Source: Candidatus Pelagibacter ubique HTCC1062
GTDB taxonomy: Bacteria > Pseudomonadota > Alphaproteobacteria > Pelagibacterales > Pelagibacteraceae
Assembly (NCBI RefSeq): GCF_000012345.1
Contig: NC_007205.1
Span: forward strand, 840,001-872,000
Length of the DNA stretch: 32,000 nt
Direction of reading: 5' to 3'
Part shown: piece after piece, positions 29,076 through 32,000 of the stretch
Position numbering within the stretch: the stretch's first letter is position 1
Layout: every line of letters starts with the position of its first letter
Program-made: the position numbers and the translations under genes
Notes under the pieces: generated by a model
What the model saw: only the letters and a program-made list of their open reading frames with translations
Databases searched by the model: none
Told to the model about the DNA's origin: nothing

Positions 29076-29754
29076 TTTGATATCATTAAAGAACATATCT
29101 AAATCTTTTTCTAACAATAAAAAAATAAATGTTTTAAAAAAAATTAATTATTCTTTTACAAAAGGTAAGATTTATTCTCTAGTTGGTCCATCTGGATCTG
29201 GAAAGTCTACATTATTAAATGTTTTGTCACTAATAGATAAACCTACCACTGGTTCATTGATAATTAATAAAACACCAGTAAACTTTAATGAAAATGCGAA
29301 AAATGATAAAATTAGATCAAGTAAAATTGGTATTATCTATCAACAAAATAATTTACTTCCAGATTTTACTGCATTAGAGAATGTTTATTTAGCTGGTTTA
29401 GCTTTAACAAATGATAAAAAAAATTCAATTGAAAGAGCAAAAGAAATTATAAAAACAATGGGTCTTTCATCACGTGAAGCTCATTTTCCATCTGAACTAT
29501 CAGGAGGTGAAATGCAAAGAATTGCAATGGCTAGAGCACTAATTAATGAACCTGAAATTATATTAGCAGACGAGCCTACTGGCAGCTTAGATCATACTAC
29601 TGCTAAAGAGGTTTTTAATGTTTTATATAAATTAAAAAATAAAAATAGATTAATAATTTATGCAACTCACAATAGATTTTTTGCTAATATGGCTGATTGC
29701 AAATTAGAAATGATTGATGGTAATATAAAAGCTATCAATGCCAGAATTAAATAA
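29068..29754 (+). CDS. lolD: lipoprotein-releasing ABC transporter ATP-binding protein
   Basis: The 228-aa product has Walker A (GPSGSGKST), the signature LSGGEMQR and Walker B (ILADEPTGSLD). Confidence 0.92.
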   Translation: MNNLISLKNISKSFSNNKKINVLKKINYSFTKGKIYSLVGPSGSGKSTLLNVLSLIDKPTTGSLIINKTPVNFNENAKNDKIRSSKIGIIYQQNNLLPDFTALENVYLAGLALTNDKKNSIERAKEIIKTMGLSSREAHFPSELSGGEMQRIAMARALINEPEIILADEPTGSLDHTTAKEVFNVLYKLKNKNRLIIYATHNRFFANMADCKLEMIDGNIKAINARIK

Positions 29755-32000
29755 TCAAAATTTTAATCACTTAAAAATTCATACACAGTATTCAATTTGT
29801 GAAGGTGCTATCAAAATTGATAACTTAAAAGATTTTTGTAAAGAAAAAAAAATACCTTGCTTAGGTATTTCAGACACATCTAATTTATGTGGTGCATTAG
29901 AGTTTGCTGAAAATATTTCTAAGGTTGGTACACAGCCAATTATTGGCACTCAAATCTATTTTAAATTTGAAGATACAACAGGGCTATTACCCCTAATAGC
30001 TCTTAACGAAAATGGATATAAGAGAATTATTGAACTTTCCTCAAGGTCTTACCTTGAAAATGATGCATTATCTGACCCTCATTTAGATGTAAAAGAACTT
30101 TTAATAGACACTGAGGGCGTGTCCTTACTTTCCGGGACTATTCAAGGTTTATTTGGTAAACTATTTGAAAAAGGTCGTTTAGATGAAATATCAAAACTAT
30201 ATAGAAGCTTATCATCAAAATTTAATGATAATTTTTACCTAGAAATCCAAAGACATGGTGATCAAAACGAAATTGCTTTTGAAAAATTCAATTTAGAACA
30301 ATCTTTAAAAATTCAAATACCAATTATAGCTACAAATGAAGTTTATTACTTAACACCTGACATGCACGAAGCTCATGATGCTTTAACGTGCATTGGTTCT
30401 AAAACTTATGTTAATGAAAAAAATAGAATTAAATATAGCAACCAGCATTATTTTAAATCTAATGAAGAAATGTCAAAGCTATTTTCAGATCTTCCTGAAG
30501 CTTTAGAAAATAACTTCAATTTACCATTTAAATGTAATTTTAGACCACAGTTTTCAAAACCTGTACTTCCAAATATTAGTTCTGAAAAAGGAGGTAGTGC
30601 TGATGAAATACTTAAAAAAGATTCGCTAGACGGATTAAAAGAAAAATTTCAGAAAGTTTTTAAAATTGAAGAAAATAATTTAAAAACAGATGATAAATTC
30701 TTGAAATACAAAGACAGACTAGATCATGAGTTAAAAATCATAATCGAAATGAAATATCCAAGTTATTTTTTGATTGTATCTGATTATATTAAATGGGCTA
30801 AAAATAACGATATTCCAGTAGGACCTGGTAGAGGTTCTGGTGCTGGCTCACTGGTTGCTTGGTGTTTATCCATTACGGATGTTGATCCGATTAAATTTAA
30901 TTTAATATTTGAAAGATTTTTAAACCCTGATCGAGTATCAATGCCTGACTTTGATATAGATTTTTGTGAGGAAAAAAGAGATCTTGTTTTTAAATATTTA
31001 ACTACAAAATATAAAGATAGTGTTGCTCATATAATTACATTTGGAAAATTAAAAGCAAGAATGGTTATTAGAGATGTTGGTAGAGTATTAGGTCTACCAT
31101 ATGGTTTTGTTGACAGTATTTCAAAAATGATCCCTTTTGATCCCTCTAGACCTCAAAGTCTAACTGAGTGTATTAATAGTGAACCACGACTTCAAAAATT
31201 AGTTAATGAAGACCCACGTGTAAAAAAATTAACTGATCTTTCTTTAAAATTAGAAGGTTTAAATAGAAATGTAGCAACTCATGCAGCAGGCGTTGTAATA
31301 GCTGATAGAAAATTAACTGAAGTTGTACCTTTATACAAAGATGCTGCAGCAGACTTGCTGTTACCATCAACACAATTTGACATGTATTCAGCAGAAAATG
31401 CTGGCTTAATCAAGTTTGATTTTTTAGGATTAAAAACTTTAACAGTTATTAATAGAACACAAAAATTGATTAATAAAAAAGTTAAAGATTTCAAAATTGA
31501 AGATATTGATTTTGATGATCAAAAAGTTTTTGAACTTTTATCTTCTGGTAACACTGTTGGATTATTTCAAGTTGAAAGTGCTGGTATGCGCGAAGCTTTG
31601 TTGCAAATGAAACCCAACCATATTGAAGATATTATTGCTCTTGTTGCACTTTACCGTCCAGGACCTATGAGCAACATACCAATTTACAATGACTGTAAGC
31701 ACGGAAGACAAACACCTGATTATTTGCATCCATTACTTGAGGATATTTTAAAACCTACTTATGGAGTTATTATTTATCAAGAACAAGTGATGCAAATAGC
31801 ACAAAAACTCTCTGGTTTTACCGCTGGTGAGGCAGATATTTTAAGAAGAGCTATGGGTAAAAAAAAAAGAGCCGAATTAGAAAAGCAGAAACAGGGATTT
31901 ATTGCTGGTGCTTTGAAAAATGGAATTAGCAAAGAAGTTGCAGCTAGTATATTTTTAAAAATTGAACCATTTGCTGAATATGGATTTAACAAAAGTCATG
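29738..32000 (+). CDS. dnaE: DNA polymerase III alpha subunit, 3'-truncated at window edge (absent from ORF track)
   Basis: I translated by hand from the ATG at 29738; the frame stays open to the window end. Motifs: PHP domain HLKIHTQYSICEGA, GPGRGSGAGSLVAW, PDFDIDF, ATHAAGVVI, KFDFLGLKTL, FQVESAGM, LYRPGPM, GEADILRRAMGKK and YGFNKSH. 17-nt overlap with lolD. Confidence 0.95.
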   Translation, partial: MPELNNQNFNHLKIHTQYSICEGAIKIDNLKDFCKEKKIPCLGISDTSNLCGALEFAENISKVGTQPIIGTQIYFKFEDTTGLLPLIALNENGYKRIIELSSRSYLENDALSDPHLDVKELLIDTEGVSLLSGTIQGLFGKLFEKGRLDEISKLYRSLSSKFNDNFYLEIQRHGDQNEIAFEKFNLEQSLKIQIPIIATNEVYYLTPDMHEAHDALTCIGSKTYVNEKNRIKYSNQHYFKSNEEMSKLFSDLPEALENNFNLPFKCNFRPQFSKPVLPNISSEKGGSADEILKKDSLDGLKEKFQKVFKIEENNLKTDDKFLKYKDRLDHELKIIIEMKYPSYFLIVSDYIKWAKNNDIPVGPGRGSGAGSLVAWCLSITDVDPIKFNLIFERFLNPDRVSMPDFDIDFCEEKRDLVFKYLTTKYKDSVAHIITFGKLKARMVIRDVGRVLGLPYGFVDSISKMIPFDPSRPQSLTECINSEPRLQKLVNEDPRVKKLTDLSLKLEGLNRNVATHAAGVVIADRKLTEVVPLYKDAAADLLLPSTQFDMYSAENAGLIKFDFLGLKTLTVINRTQKLINKKVKDFKIEDIDFDDQKVFELLSSGNTVGLFQVESAGMREALLQMKPNHIEDIIALVALYRPGPMSNIPIYNDCKHGRQTPDYLHPLLEDILKPTYGVIIYQEQVMQIAQKLSGFTAGEADILRRAMGKKKRAELEKQKQGFIAGALKNGISKEVAASIFLKIEPFAEYGFNKSH

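Noticed and set aside
1-32000. Scan for CRISPR arrays, IS elements or transposases, integrases, phage genes, toxin-antitoxin pairs, defence islands and long direct or inverted repeats
   Set aside because: I found none by eye. Apart from the short intergenic spacers discussed above, the window is covered by recognisable housekeeping genes or short hypothetical ORFs. The tRNAs show no flanking integrase or att-like repeats.

Overview
This is a very AT-rich (about 30% GC by eye), very gene-dense window of conserved housekeeping genes. Gene content and order are the classic alphaproteobacterial arrangement: tRNA-Leu, tig-clpP-clpX-lon, tRNA-Val, tRNA-Asp, nuoA-N, birA-coaX-rnj, DUF1467, proS, lolC/E-lolD and dnaE. 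Together with the extreme compaction and lysine/asparagine/isoleucine-rich proteins, this suggests a streamlined marine SAR11/Pelagibacterales-like genome. That attribution rests on memory and cannot be verified without a database search. The first 3.1 kb holds small accessory-type genes: DUF3047-like, a small membrane protein, a YbgC-like thioesterase, a family 4/5 uracil-DNA glycosylase, a secreted histidine phosphatase, DUF1289, and two or three short ORFs missing from the supplied track. The track also omits dnaE (29738 to the window end, no stop in window) and the 5' part of the first gene. I found no CRISPR array, transposase, integrase, phage gene, long repeat, or recognisable defence or toxin system, and no undescribed multi-gene system that I can support. 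The points worth a second look are architectural or single-gene oddities. These are a His/Asp-rich plus poly-Lys tail on trigger factor, a very short BirA apparently lacking its C-terminal domain, a 22-gene same-strand array with no spacer over 11 nt, and head-to-head and tail-to-tail gene junctions with almost no spacer. Others are possible leaderless lon and nuoA transcripts, a tRNA-Leu 16 nt upstream of tig, and a few unannotated short ORFs. All promoter and terminator calls are low confidence, because -10-like hexamers arise by chance in DNA this AT-rich.
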